Assembly: GCF_001194135.2 (NCBI RefSeq) | Contig: NC_068990.1 | Location: 53,888,736 to 53,922,790 of the forward strand | Length of the DNA stretch: 34,055 nt | Source: Octopus bimaculoides | Taxonomy: Eukaryota | Reading direction: 5' to 3' | Part shown: positions 21,901 through 33,819 of the stretch, piece by piece | Numbering within the stretch: the first letter of the stretch is position 1 | How the letters are laid out: every line of letters begins with the position of its first letter | Made by a program: the position numbers and the translations under genes | Notes under the pieces: model-generated | What the model saw: only the letters and a program-made list of their open reading frames with translations | Database searches by the model: none | What the model was told of the DNA's origin: nothing

Positions 21901-22560
21901 TACTTGACAATGATGAGATGCAATATTTTCAGCAGGATTGATTTCTAGTAAACGGTGGTATTTTCGTGAATGTAGAGTATATAGTGAAGAGATTAGTAAA
22001 TTGGAGAAAAGGAGTTTTGGTGAAGTTTTGCCCAGGCGTGCAAAGTGAAGATGGGTGCAAATCGGGTGGCAACAGAGAAGCTATATTTCTGAAAGTATTG
22101 CTTTCGGAACCAACATATTTAAGGTGCTGGTGTAGTGGGGTTCTGCAAAGTTGGTAGGTATCCTTTGGGCAACGGACCAATATGGCAGTGAGGCAGGAGA
22201 GATTACAGACAATACACAAATGCATTTTTTTAATTTCCGAACGGTAGTTTTGTATGAGTTACTGAATAAAATCCACTCTGTTAGTAGAATAGAAAGACTT
22301 TTTGTTGCGTTATCGGCAGTGTTCCTTTCCTATTTTGCGGCAATACTGTTACTTGTGAACAATTTGGTTTATATGGGGCGATGAGATTTAGTCGAGTGAT
22401 AATAAGGAGGAACATTTCCAAAGAAAATGCTTTTGCTTCTCTGTTTAACTGCTTCAGCTGGATCAGGATCAACCATACATTTGTTTCCCGGAATAATTAA
22501 TGGAAAACTTGCAAAGCACTAACTAATTAATTTACTTGATACATGAAGTAGAATGAAATA

Positions 22561-23357
22561 AAGGGTAGGCCATAATGATGGGACACATTTTTAATGCTAG
22601 TATCTTGGATTATAAAAATGACATAGAGTATAAAATATATTTATTACGTAACTAATGTACAGGAGTTCAACATATTATCTAAGATTTGAATATTACATCC
22701 TGGAGATGGACACCACCACAAAGAGAACACTCACCTGCTCGCTTTCTAACATCAAATACACTGCAGTTGGAAGGGCTGCAATTTCTCTACGGATGCTTTG
22801 TTTTAGTTCCGCTGTGTGTGGCAGGGGGCTTTCTTGCATATACCCTTCTACATTAGCCGTAGCCTATGTTATAAAAGTGTAAGTCTTGTTTTAAAATCTT
22901 TCTGACACTGGTTCGTGAAATATTCAACTGTTGAGCCAATCGACGTGTGGACTTCCTAAGACTTTGTCCAATAGCGTTTCCCAGACTTTGACAGTTCTCT
23001 ACTCTACCTGGCATTTTTACTTCCCAGTGTTGCCTGTCTCTCAGAAGTTTGTAACAGCTCGCAGGATCACCTTTCGGGATGGTGTCTGTAACTTTCCAAA
23101 ATGCTGTCGGAATTTTCTTTGGGCTGCAATAGTGGATCTTTGATTGGTGAAGTATGTTTCGACCACGTATGCAATTTCTTTTGGAGTCCACGACATTTTG
23201 AGGGTCACCATTACCAACTACCTGAGAAAATAGTAAAATCTAAGATATGTTGAACTCCTGTATATCCGTTAAGTAATAAATATATTTGGTCATCTGTAAT
23301 TTTTATAATCCAAGATACTAGCATTTAAAATCTGTCCCATCATTATGGCCTACTCTG
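22561..23357 (-). mobile_element. Tc1/mariner internal-deletion derivative (~800 bp) with 59-bp TIRs
   Basis: TIRs 22561-22619 / 23299-23357 match 55/59, with TA on both flanks. Minus strand keeps the N-terminal HTH (..QSLRKSTRRLAQQLNISRTSVRKILKQDLHFY) and the C-terminal ELKQSIRREIAALP..HLQDVIF, but no DDD/E core. Confidence 0.88.
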
Positions 23358-23559
23358 TATTTATTGATTTCTTTCACAATAACTTTGACGTTCCACCAAT
23401 TAAAGCTTTTCAATCTATCGAGAAGAAATGGGTGTTCATCGTTTATATATAGTTCAGGATTATTAAAGATAGGAGAGTTCGTTACAATGTCAGGTGTAGA
23501 ATTATTACGATACAATGATAAATAATCAATAAGGATGAGCAATTAGAAAGTTGTGATTA

Positions 23560-23790
23560 ATATATAGTTTTCAGTTCCTTGTTACTGTTTTCCTTCCTCC
23601 CTTCCTTTTACCGTTTTTCATTATACTTATTGTTTCTTCCTCTTTCCCTTTCTTCTTGGTTTTTTTTTCTGAGTAAAGTCTATTATCCGAAACGTTAAGA
23701 CATTCCTTTTACCTCCTCAAGCGTTAAACCAGTAATATATTTGTCATACGTTGTTCTTCTTGTATTGTTCTTTCTACAGTTTAATCTCTT
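23560..23790 (+). mobile_element. Possible solo Penelope-type pseudo-LTR remnant
   Basis: Pyrimidine-rich tract followed by ctgagta..ccgaaacgtta, a hammerhead-like scar. No ORF. Confidence 0.35.
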
Positions 23791-23989
23791 TTGGCTTTAT
23801 ATTTTAACAACTGAAAGAATGGAAACGTGAAACTCGGAGTAGTGGAAATTATGAACTATTTGGTTATAATGTATAATTTTAGTTAAAATATATAATATTC
23901 TACATTCTTGCATTAAGCTCTGTAATTTATCCCTTCTTGGTGAATCAACAGACAATTACATTTTGGAATCTATTTTGTTTTTTTGTTTT

Positions 23990-24207
23990 TCTAGTTAATT
24001 TTAGTTAATTTTTGTTTATTTTCAGATCATTAAAATAGAATGTCAAATTAAGAAAAACGAGCATTTTCGACACCTTTTTGCTTTTAATCAAGGTTCTAAG
24101 GCCGCAAAAGCTGCTCGCGACATTTGTTGCTATTTTTTTTATTTATTAAACCTTTTAAAAAATTTAAATTTGAAAAGAACGGCAGGAACTTAGTTACCAA
24201 CACAATA
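23990..24207 (+). mobile_element. mariner (DD34D-type) remnant: transposase N-terminus joined to a 3' TIR-like end
   Basis: 24035-24129 encodes (M>I)ECQIKKNEHFRHLFAFNQGSKAAKAARDIC. aaaagaacggcaggaacttagttaccaacacaa+TA at ~24173-24207 resembles a mariner right end. Confidence 0.65.
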
Positions 24208-25744
24208 CTTTACGATACAGGAGTGTGGTGTGTATCGGTAGATTATTACCTATTGAGTGGGGGTGCAGGATAATTGGTTTTTAAACGATTTCAATATCAA
24301 AAAAATTCTTGTTTACAAGATGAGACTAATTTCGTGCATCGATTAAATTGTTGTGGGGTTTGAGAATAGAGTTTAACAGGGTCCTGGCCAGCACACAAGG
24401 ATATTTATTGTTATGATATATATATATACATGCGTATATACATGTATACATATGCATAAATAATACATACACGTCTATCCACATGCTCATATATACTCAC
24501 GCTCATATATACACATGCTCGATATACATGCACAGGTCATAGATAAGCCAGATAGATTGATAGGTAGTTAGCAGGTTATGATAGTAGGGTTCGGTTTCAA
24601 GTTAAACAGACATGCGTCGTGATAATGCCGCCAGCTTGACTAAAGACAAGACACAAGTCGGAAGCAAGAAGGAAAAGAAATCAATATACAAGTGCTGCTA
24701 CCTCTCGGTAGCAAAAGAAAACAAAATCAAGAAAAGAAAACACTTATCATATGAAATAAAACGGTTAGAAAATGTGTAATTAGTTGAGAAAGGTAGCAAA
24801 TACATTAGCTATGTAACTTTAGCCAGTGGATCTGTTGTTAGGGAGGAGAACTGGTTCTCAGGATTGTCTTAGTTTATTTTTATTATTATATTTTCTTTGT
24901 GGTTTACTGTTTTAGATGTGTTTTTATATTAGTTTTTCGTGCTTTTCTTTTCTTATTTGGTTTAACCTGCTTCATTTTCGTTCCACTCTCTCTTTTTTAG
25001 TTGTTGTTTACTGGTGTAAATTATCATTTTGTGGTTGGAGCCTCTACTTACTTTTTCTTCAGTTAATATAATTGTGGATGTTGTTATTGTTATTATTATT
25101 ATCATTATTGTGGTTGTTATAGTTTTCATTATTATTATTGTTGATGTTGTTTTTGTGTACGTTGAAGTAGAAGGACGTCTTCAAGAAAGCTACATGAAAA
25201 GATGAATTTTACTATGATTTATTTGAAGAAACAATTTGTTTTATTTTTCATTTTGTAAACAGCGAACTTTTATAGCTTTTGGACATCTACCCACATTACT
25301 AAAATGAGATAAGGGGTTCGGCTATTAGACACATTTTTTAAATGTTGTTCTTTTCAAGATGGATTCTTCTACTTCTAAGCTAGCAATAAGAGATGCTAAC
25401 CACAAAAGCCGTATCTGAGGATACACGCTCAAGAATACAGATTTTTAAAAATTCAGAAATATAATGCATAGTTTAAAAAAAAAACGGGAAAACGGAGATA
25501 AATATATTTGAACAAGCAAATACGGCAAATATTTACTCTCAACACAGCAGAGATTTTAACAAATGAACATAATAAAAAATTATTGAAATTTAACCGAAAT
25601 GGTAGTTGTTTTATCAACATAGCCAATCAGACAGAGGTACCCGATATAGATGGACACCAGAAAATAGGTATGTGGCGAACTGTATAATACATAGCACAAT
25701 GACTAGCCTTGTGCCAACATTTGAAACAGTTATCCTCTTAATTG

Positions 25745-26120
25745 TGGAAAAGAGTAAGTCATTACCATCGACCTCAGTATTTGACTAGTGCCTTATTTCA
25801 TCAACCTCAAAAGAAGGAAAGCTGACAGGATTTGAGGTCAGAGAGTAAAGAGCCGGAAGAAATGCCGCTAAACATTTTTCTTAGACATTCTAACGATTCT
25901 GCCTGCTCGCCGCCTGAGCGATGATAATAATGGTTGCAAATTTTGATACAATTGTGGGTGAGGGTGCTAGCCGATTACGTCGAACCCCAGTTCTCAACTG
26001 ATACTTATTTTATCGAATCCGAAAGGGATGAATGGCAAAGTCAACCCTAGCGGCGTTCCGTAATGACGGGACGAAATACCACTAAGCATCTTTGCCCGGC
26101 GTGCTAACGATTGTGCCTTA
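25745..26120 (-). mobile_element. Two decayed SINE family A copies, minus strand (~25745-25915; ~25935-26120)
   Basis: Reverse complements of the family A core (ctcagta..tgact..ttattt.atcga..gaaagg..gaa.ggcaaagtc; gacgaaatacc.ctaagcat..gcccggcgtgctaacg). Confidence 0.7.
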
Positions 26121-26145
26121 AAGAAAATGCTATTAAACAATTAAT

Positions 26146-28130
26146 TAACCCCATCGACCCTCGTACTTCCTCTAATTAGCTAATAAACAATTAGTCGCCA
26201 GTCTAGCTACCGAATGATGAGAGCTAGCCGTATGAGAGGAAGGAAGTAGGAGGGTCGGTGGGGTTATGGGGAGTGTTAAGACAGGGAGTGGTGAGAGGAG
26301 AGAAGAGAGCTAGTTCAGGAAGAGGGAGGAGGTTAATAATGAGGTGTCAAGGGAGGTAGTAGTGGAGGTGGAGAGTTGGGAGATGAATAGGAAAGGAGGG
26401 ATAGATAGTAACTAAAGGGTGGTCAGTTGTTGGGTTTGTGTATAGGTGTCAAGGTATAGGAATAAATTTATAGAATTATTGGAAGTTGATATAGTGAAAA
26501 AAGGGATGGCAATTATTTGAGGAAGGAAAAGTGTCTAATTCAGTGGTGGAGGGAGATTGCTGAGGTAAGGTATATAGAAAGGTTTGAGAGAATATAAAGG
26601 GAGGTGGACAGAGTGTGGGTGGGTTAATGTAACAGTGGATAGCACTATAATGAAGGTGGGTTGGTAATGAAGGGCGGGTACTGAGGAATGCAGAAGTGTA
26701 TGAAATTGAAGAGAGGTAGGTGAATAAAGAAGGAGGAAGAAATTGATAGATTAGTAGCTAATTGAGTGGAGTAGTTTGGTTGAAGTATTTTTGGCTGAGA
26801 AGAAATGAGAGAATTTGGAAAGAATATAACTTGTGAGGATGTGGAGGCTGTGGGGGAGGTGGGATTTGGTGGGTAAGAGTAATTTGCAAAGGTAATCATG
26901 GAAAGGAATAATTTAGTAGGAAGGGTGGTATTAGTAGAGGGGCAGGTTGCTAGGCCTGTCTAGTTGTATCTCAAGGTAAATTATAATTAAGGACAATCAT
27001 AGTTATGGGAGTACATAGATAAAATAAGATGGGCAAATGATGAGTGGAACCTGTGTTTACAAGAAAGTATTACATCTGAAAATCTATTAAGTAATGAGGG
27101 TTTGTGGTTGTGAAGGATGGTTAGTGATTCCCTTAAACACAATTTACAAATACCAAGGTTTGTGTCATGTGAGGGAGCCTCACTTACGACGGACCAGAAT
27201 AGGGTATAGGGAACATTTTGAGATTTAAGGTTGTGTATATAAATTGCTAAAGAAGTAGATAATTTAGAATTTAGATTAGAGAAAGTATTCACTCAATTAG
27301 CTACTAACCTATCAATATCTCCCGCCTTCTCTATTCACCTACCTCTATTCAATTTCATACACCTCTGCATTTCTCAGTACCCGCCCTCCTTTACCAACCC
27401 ACCTTCGTTATAGTGCTAACCACTGCTACATTGACCACCTACTTACCCACACGCGCGCGCACGCACTCTGTCCACCTCCCTTTATATTCTCTCATACCTT
27501 TCTATATACCTTACCTCAGCAATCTCCCTCCACCACTGAATTAGACACGTTTCCTTCCTCAAATAATTGCCATCCCTTTTTTCACGATATCAACTTCCAA
27601 TAATTCTATAAATTTATTCCTATACCTTGACACTTATACACAAACCCAACAACTGACCACCCTTTAGTTACTATCTATCCCTCCTTTCCTATTCATCTCC
27701 CAACTCTCCACCTCTACTACTACCTTCCTTGACACCCTCATTGTTAACCTCCTCCCTCTTCCTGAACTAGCTTTCTTATCTCCTCTCACCATTCCCTGTC
27801 TTAACATTCCCCATAACCCCATCGACCCTCGTATTTCCTCTAATATGGCTAGCTCTCTACATTTAATCATTCTATCTTTGAACTTCTCTGCATTATGATC
27901 TGAAATGTAAGATCTGCTCTACCCTGATGATGAAGGCTCGATTTATCCATTGTTGATTGTTTCTATCACGGCCGCATATTGTGACGAACTACATCCACCA
28001 GCATTATGCCGTATCTTCGATCCTCCAGAAACAGCTGTTGAGCTTATAGCATCTTTCTTCATCTCCTTTGATTTGTTCTGTCACTTGTACTCTTTGTGAG
28101 TTGGATCTGTTAATATAAATATCTATGTAT
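26146..28130. mobile_element. Penelope-like element with inverted 5' pseudo-LTR (arms 26219-26768 / 27290-27857) and C-terminal ORF remnant 26987-27292 (-)
   Basis: ORF STSLAIYIHNLKSQNVPYTLFWSVVSEAPSHDTNLGICKLCLRESLTILHNHKPSLLNRFSDVILSCKHRF fits the PLE endonuclease C-terminus. The ~550-bp arms are reverse complements at roughly 85-90% identity by eye. Confidence 0.8.
27915..28043 (+). ncRNA. Candidate type I hammerhead ribozyme (possibly decayed) in the Penelope pLTR
   Basis: CUGAUGA 27924-27930; stem II 27931-27941 pairs with 28017-28027 (9/11); GAAA 28028-28031; stem III AC-agcu-GU with palindrome ACAGCUGU; cleavage triplet GUU 28037-28039. Stem I is poorly formed. Confidence 0.5.
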
Positions 28131-28411
28131 TATACTTAAATATTCATTGTCTGAAAGTCTCCACCTTTTGCTTTTTCTTGTTTAGCATGTATACATATAT
28201 ACATATTTTGTATTTCATACCCAAACTGTATATTCAATATATCTAATTTGTTTCTCCGCATAAATGCCCCCATACCTGCTCAGCTTGATCCTTCTTATAA
28301 TAATTCTTTACCCCGTGGAATTGATCCTCTGTGAAGACATCGGGTCTAAGTTTGAATCATCTGGAGCACTAAGTGCCTTCTATTCTTAGAATCTCTGGAT
28401 CTCATCTGTTG

Positions 28412-28867
<456 letters not shown>

Positions 28868-29412
28868 TGGGAATATTCATATACATACATATGTATCTAT
28901 GTATATATATGTACATATACATGTGTATGTGCGTGTGTGTTTTAACCAGGAAGTAGAGTTGATATTCAGTTATGGTTCGATTTGAACATCTGTTGGTTGA
29001 TATCTGTACAAAAACAGAATCGTAGGTCCGGGAAGGAAGCATTGAGTATAAATAAGTAGAAAGAAAAGTGGCAATAGAATTGATTAGATGAGAATGGGAA
29101 GAAGAAAAGTTGGCAGTTGTATTGTGTGAACATAGTTGGAAGTGGAAAACAACTAGTGACTTCAAAATAATAGAAGCCTATATACTAACGACAGAACAGA
29201 CAAACAGGAAATAGACCTTGTAGTTCGTTGATGAGTGAATGTTTACCAAACAATTGAACACCTTTATATTGGATGCGGTTAAGAATGTCTGTGTGTATAG
29301 TAACAACAGTACCAGATGTAGGAGCAGTATTGCAAAAAGTTAGTAACTAAACAGAACTGAAGTATTTTCTAGATTTTAGTGATAATTCTGGCTTTTGGAA
29401 AAACTATACTTC

Positions 29413-29490
29413 CTATTAACATCCTTTTATTTAAGATCCTATTCTATTAACATCCTTTTGTAACAAGATCTTTCTATTAACATACTTTCG
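29413..29490. repeat. Minisatellite, ~30-31-bp unit, 3 copies
   Basis: ctattaacat at 29413, 29444 and 29474. Confidence 0.8.
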
Positions 29491-29914
29491 TATTCCTCTT
29501 CTCACTATGCCAATTCTCTTCAGCCACATTCAATAATACATGATTCATACTTCTATTTTTTGTTACGAAACCTGTATTTGGCTCTGGAGCTGGCTTTTAT
29601 TAAATTTTACTTTTACTTCTTTTTTTAAAGTTTTAGATTTTGCCATTTCTCTAGTAAATTCTCTGCTATCTAGAACAGTTTTACAGCTACACCTATTTAA
29701 CTAAATTTGATAACACCCTTTGAAAAGGAATAAATGCCACGATTTCAATTATTCCATATTTTTCATTTACTAGAGATAACCAAGCCTCAGTATATTTCTC
29801 AACACTTTCATGAAAGTGCAACCTCAGTATATTGTTATAAATTTTATTCCCGACTGAATTTCATCCAGGTAAAAATATATACGCGGAAATATAAATATTA
29901 ATATTAATATTAAT

Positions 29915-30473
29915 CTGTTTCGCCTCATGCTTGTCAGTTTTGATGTAATGTTGGAATATTGTCCAGTGGATATAACTGCTTACTTTATCGTCTCTGTATA
30001 CATATTCAGACTTGGCAAGGACTGGGCAGCCCAAGATAATTTGGTCAATTGTTTTATTGTGCTGGTTGCACATTCTGTATTTGGTGTTGAGGCCCGTTTT
30101 CATTATTTTGTTTTTATAATTGCTTGTAATCTGACATTGGTCTTGTGCAGCTAGAATCAGTCCTTCCGTTTCGGCTTTTAGTCCAGAGCTTTTGAGCCAT
30201 CTTTGGCTTTTACTTAGGCTCACTTCCTCTCTATCAAGCCTCGCAGGGTACTGGCCATGAAGTGATTTTTCTCTCCATTTCTTCAGTATCTTTTGTAATT
30301 CAGTTTTCATGTTGTTTTTTTTTATCTTTCTGACCATTCCTGCTATGTTGCCAACTGAAGTCAGCGTTTCAGTGTAGTTTGCTTCTGTCTTGTATTTTGT
30401 CGCCTCCTTGTCTATAGAGAAAAGCGTTTTCTTCTTCGCATGTTGCTTTACTACATGCAGTAGTCATCCCCTC
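29915..30473 (-). mobile_element. R4/Dong-type LINE fragment (post-RT region and CCHC), starting right after a (TAA)n tract
   Basis: KWREKSLHGQYP..WLKSSGLKAETEGLILAAQDQ..KYRMCNQHNKTIDQIILGCPVLAKSEY..IHW. Confidence 0.88.
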
Positions 30474-30508
<35 letters not shown>

Positions 30509-30546
30509 GTTGTTGTTGTTTTTATTGTTGTTGTAATTATTATTAT

Positions 30547-32867
30547 ATGTTTGACTTTTGCTTTGTACTTGTACAAGTTGACTCAAGAGACAAGTTAGAA
30601 GTTCGAGTTGGTGTGAAGCCTTGGGTGTCATATATTTGGTTTTGCACATAGTATTGTTCTAGAGAATGCTTAAGAAAACAAGAAATTACGAGTTTGTTTT
30701 AAAATTTGAGATTACATAGTACTTTACGTAATATATAGGCAGTTCCAATGAGCACTATCTTTTGAATTTCTGCCATTTTGGGGTTTCCTCGTATCTGAGC
30801 CAGGGAGGAATCAGCACCTTATGCTATCATTCCTATGGCACCTATGACAACAGGTATTCTTTTAGTCTTGAAGTTCCACATTTTGCCAATTTCTATTTCA
30901 AGATATTTATACTTGCTCAGATTTTGGTAGGTCTTGACAGATACATTTATGTCAATTGGTTCAGCCATATAAATGAGGAGGCATGCTTTTTGTCTGAAGA
31001 CCTTCAATATCATGTCTGGTCTATTCGCATATACTTTTCTCTCAATTTGAACAGTGAAGTTCCAGAGGAGTGAGATGTGGTCATTTTCAAACATTGGAGG
31101 TGGTTTGTGTTCCCACCAGTTTTTATCATGGGGCAAGTCCAAGATTTTGCAAATTACCCAGTGAATATATTGTGCTGCTCAATCATGCCTGTTGAGATAT
31201 TCTGTAGGTGCAAGAAGGTTGCACATGGAGACAACATGATCAATGGTTTCCTTTTGTTATTTACATTCACATGTTGGGTTACTGCCGTTCTTTAATATGT
31301 TGGCCTGGTAGTTTTTTGTAGGTAGGCATTGATCTTGGACTACTATGATAAACCCTTCTGTTTCTGATTTTAAGCCAGAAGACATTAACCAGTGATGAGT
31401 AAGGGCTTTGTCAACATCGGCACTATTAGCTCTCTTTGGGTATTTGCCATTGAAAGGTTTTTCTTGCCATTTATCATTAAGAATATCTAAGGCAGCAGTT
31501 CTAGCATGGGTTTACATACGCTTAGCTTTTTCTGTGCTTGTTTCTAGTACGTCTAATTCTGGGATTTGTTGTATTTGGAATTCACTTAGATATTCTTTTG
31601 CCTGTTTTTGTTACTGAGTATGATGCTTTCTTGTTTTCATGCTTGAGACAAGTTTTAACATCCAGTCATCAGAGTTTTTCAGGTAGGTGTCTAGGCCAAT
31701 TGTGGCAATCTTCATTGTTAATTCCAGTTGTAAAAGTCCACGGCCACCCTCTTCTCTTGATAGGTAAAGTCGTTCTATATCTGCCTTAGAGTGGTGCATT
31801 CTATGCATTGTCAACAATTTTCGTATTTTTCTGTCAAGATTACATATTTCAGTAATTGAACAGTTCATGATATCGAAAATGTAAGTCACAACCGGTATGG
31901 CTAAAGTATTGATCGCTTCGATCCTGCTTCTTGCATTCAGCTGTCTTGAGTACCCTGCGATAGCATTCTTTTCTGATCTTTTCCCTCATCATTGAATGTT
32001 TGATTCCATCACCTTCAAATACCCCTAGGTATTTGTAGCTCTCCGCTGGTTCTAACTCCTTTGTGACATTCTGTTGGTCAAGATTAACGTTGGCTGTTTC
32101 TGTCATTTTTCTTCTGATAACCTCATTGCCCTTTGACTGATATTTCATTAACAATGTTGTTCTTCCCTGTACCGGAACTGCACCGCTCTGTAGGCAATTG
32201 TCTAATTGCAATGCAATTCTCTTGTGTATTGACCTAAACCACTTGAGCCAGTAGCGTTGAATTCCGTCTGGTCCTGCTGCTTTCCAGTTTGGTAGTTTTG
32301 ATATCTGTGCAATGATTTCTTCCGCTGTTGTTCGAATATGGTCCTGTCGTGGAGACTCCGGGTGATGGAGTTCGGATCTCACGGAATGAATCCACTCAGC
32401 ACTGTGGTTGTGTGAAACTTCTTCCCCCCTCCCCCAGATGCTGTTCCAAAATTTTGACAGGTTTCTTCTGCTTCAGGAGATGTATTATCTTCTGTATTTC
32501 TTCCTAAGCCCTTAAAATACTGCCTCTGGTTATTTTAGAATAACCGGTATTGCTGGAACTGCGACATGCGTACACTGTAATCCTGTACTTTTGATGTTTT
32601 AGCCCGCACAAGTTGTTTTAGGATTTCGATTACAGTTTTAAGCCCTTTCTTTTCTATTTGGTACTTCGCGTCAAGATATGCCCTTGTACCTTTCTTTTCC
32701 ATTTTTCCACTGCCCTTTGGACCATTCTTCTATGCGGCTCAGATCTTTACGCAAAGTCAGAATATCGTCTTCACTTCTGCCCGCCTACATTCTTCTTTTT
32801 CTTTCCAACCAGTTCACCTACTAATATTGAAGCAGATCTGATCAAGTCTTTCGACCCGGTTAGATCA
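30547..32867 (-). mobile_element. R4/Dong-type LINE, 5'-truncated, RT core deleted, with (TAA)n on both sides
   Basis: TLRKDLSRIEEW..KLPNWKAAGPDGIQ..GRTTLLMK; jump to ESYKYLG; LDRKIRKLLTMHRMHHSKADIERLYLSREEGGRGL; GLKSETEGF; NRPDMIL..LSKYKYLEIEIGKMWNFKTKRIPVVIGAIG; VLIGTAY. Sense-strand (TAA)n at 30474-30546 and from 32868. Confidence 0.92.
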
Positions 32868-32895
32868 TTATTATTATTATTACTATTACTATTAC

Positions 32896-32940
<45 letters not shown>

Positions 32941-33008
32941 CATTATTATCATAATCATCATCATCATCATCATCATCATCATTATTATTACTACTACTAC
33001 TACTACAA
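32868..33008. repeat. Compound (TTA)n-(CAT)n-(TTA)n-(CTA)n microsatellite
   Basis: Direct reading. Confidence 0.95.
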
Positions 33009-33521
33009 CTGATACAGTACCAGGCAGTGGCTCTCATGGCTTTTGATCTTTACTGATTGTTATCATGTATATTGTTTTGTCTTGGTATAAAAGGTGGGCT
33101 ACAGCAAATATTCTGCTCAATACCACAGCTTTGTTTGTCAGTTTGACCTTTGCCAGTTGAGCATGTCCCTTGGTGGCTGACGATACATGATTCTCTGTTC
33201 ACGAGTAGAGGTAGTGGTGAGCATCATAGCCATGTTTTGGGAGGAATTCTTTGGGGTTTGAATAATTCACCTCTGGAGGAGTGGGCTTTTGTGTAATCAG
33301 AGACCTTTTGAGCGAGATGAGCCACTCGACCTGAAGAAAATTCTAAATGGGCCTCCACCTGCAAGGTCATTCACTGTGTATCTTGGTATGAGATCAGCAT
33401 GTCACGCACATATGGTTGTATGCATGTGCCTTATGTGCCCTTACAAGACATGATGGGTGTATTGCGCTTCATATATTTGTACCCAGGTATCACTTTGATG
33501 GCATGCGCTGCTCTCTCATTC
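33009..33521. mobile_element. ~555-bp non-coding repeat, copy 3 (small internal deletions)
   Basis: ctgatacagtaccaggcagtggctctcatggct ... gatggcatgcgctgctctctcattc followed by taataat; homologous to 149-703. Confidence 0.9.
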
Positions 33522-33741
33522 ATTAATAATAAGATTGCCTTATTATAAGATTGTCTTATAAAGATTGCTTTAACTGGTACGTCACGCGTACTGAGAAGAG
33601 CATTGTCGTTGTGAATTTTCTTTCCTTTTTTACCTTTTATTTTGTTTGTTTACTTTTTTGAATTTTGATTCTTCCCTTTTTCTCTCTGTCTTTCTTCCCC
33701 TTTTTCTCAATCACATGACTTGGAAATTGAATTGAAAGAAG

Positions 33742-33742
<1 letters not shown>

Positions 33743-33819
<77 letters not shown>
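33743..33819. repeat. (AAT)n microsatellite
   Basis: Direct reading. Confidence 0.97.

Noticed and set aside
23318-23542. 74-aa minus-strand ORF
   Set aside because: It runs into the Tc1 TIR and has no recognisable domain. Likely a chance ORF.
29413-29490. Short spaced repeats as a CRISPR-like array (also 21703-21900)
   Set aside because: Eukaryotic context, only 2-3 diverged units, no unique equal-length spacers and no cas genes.
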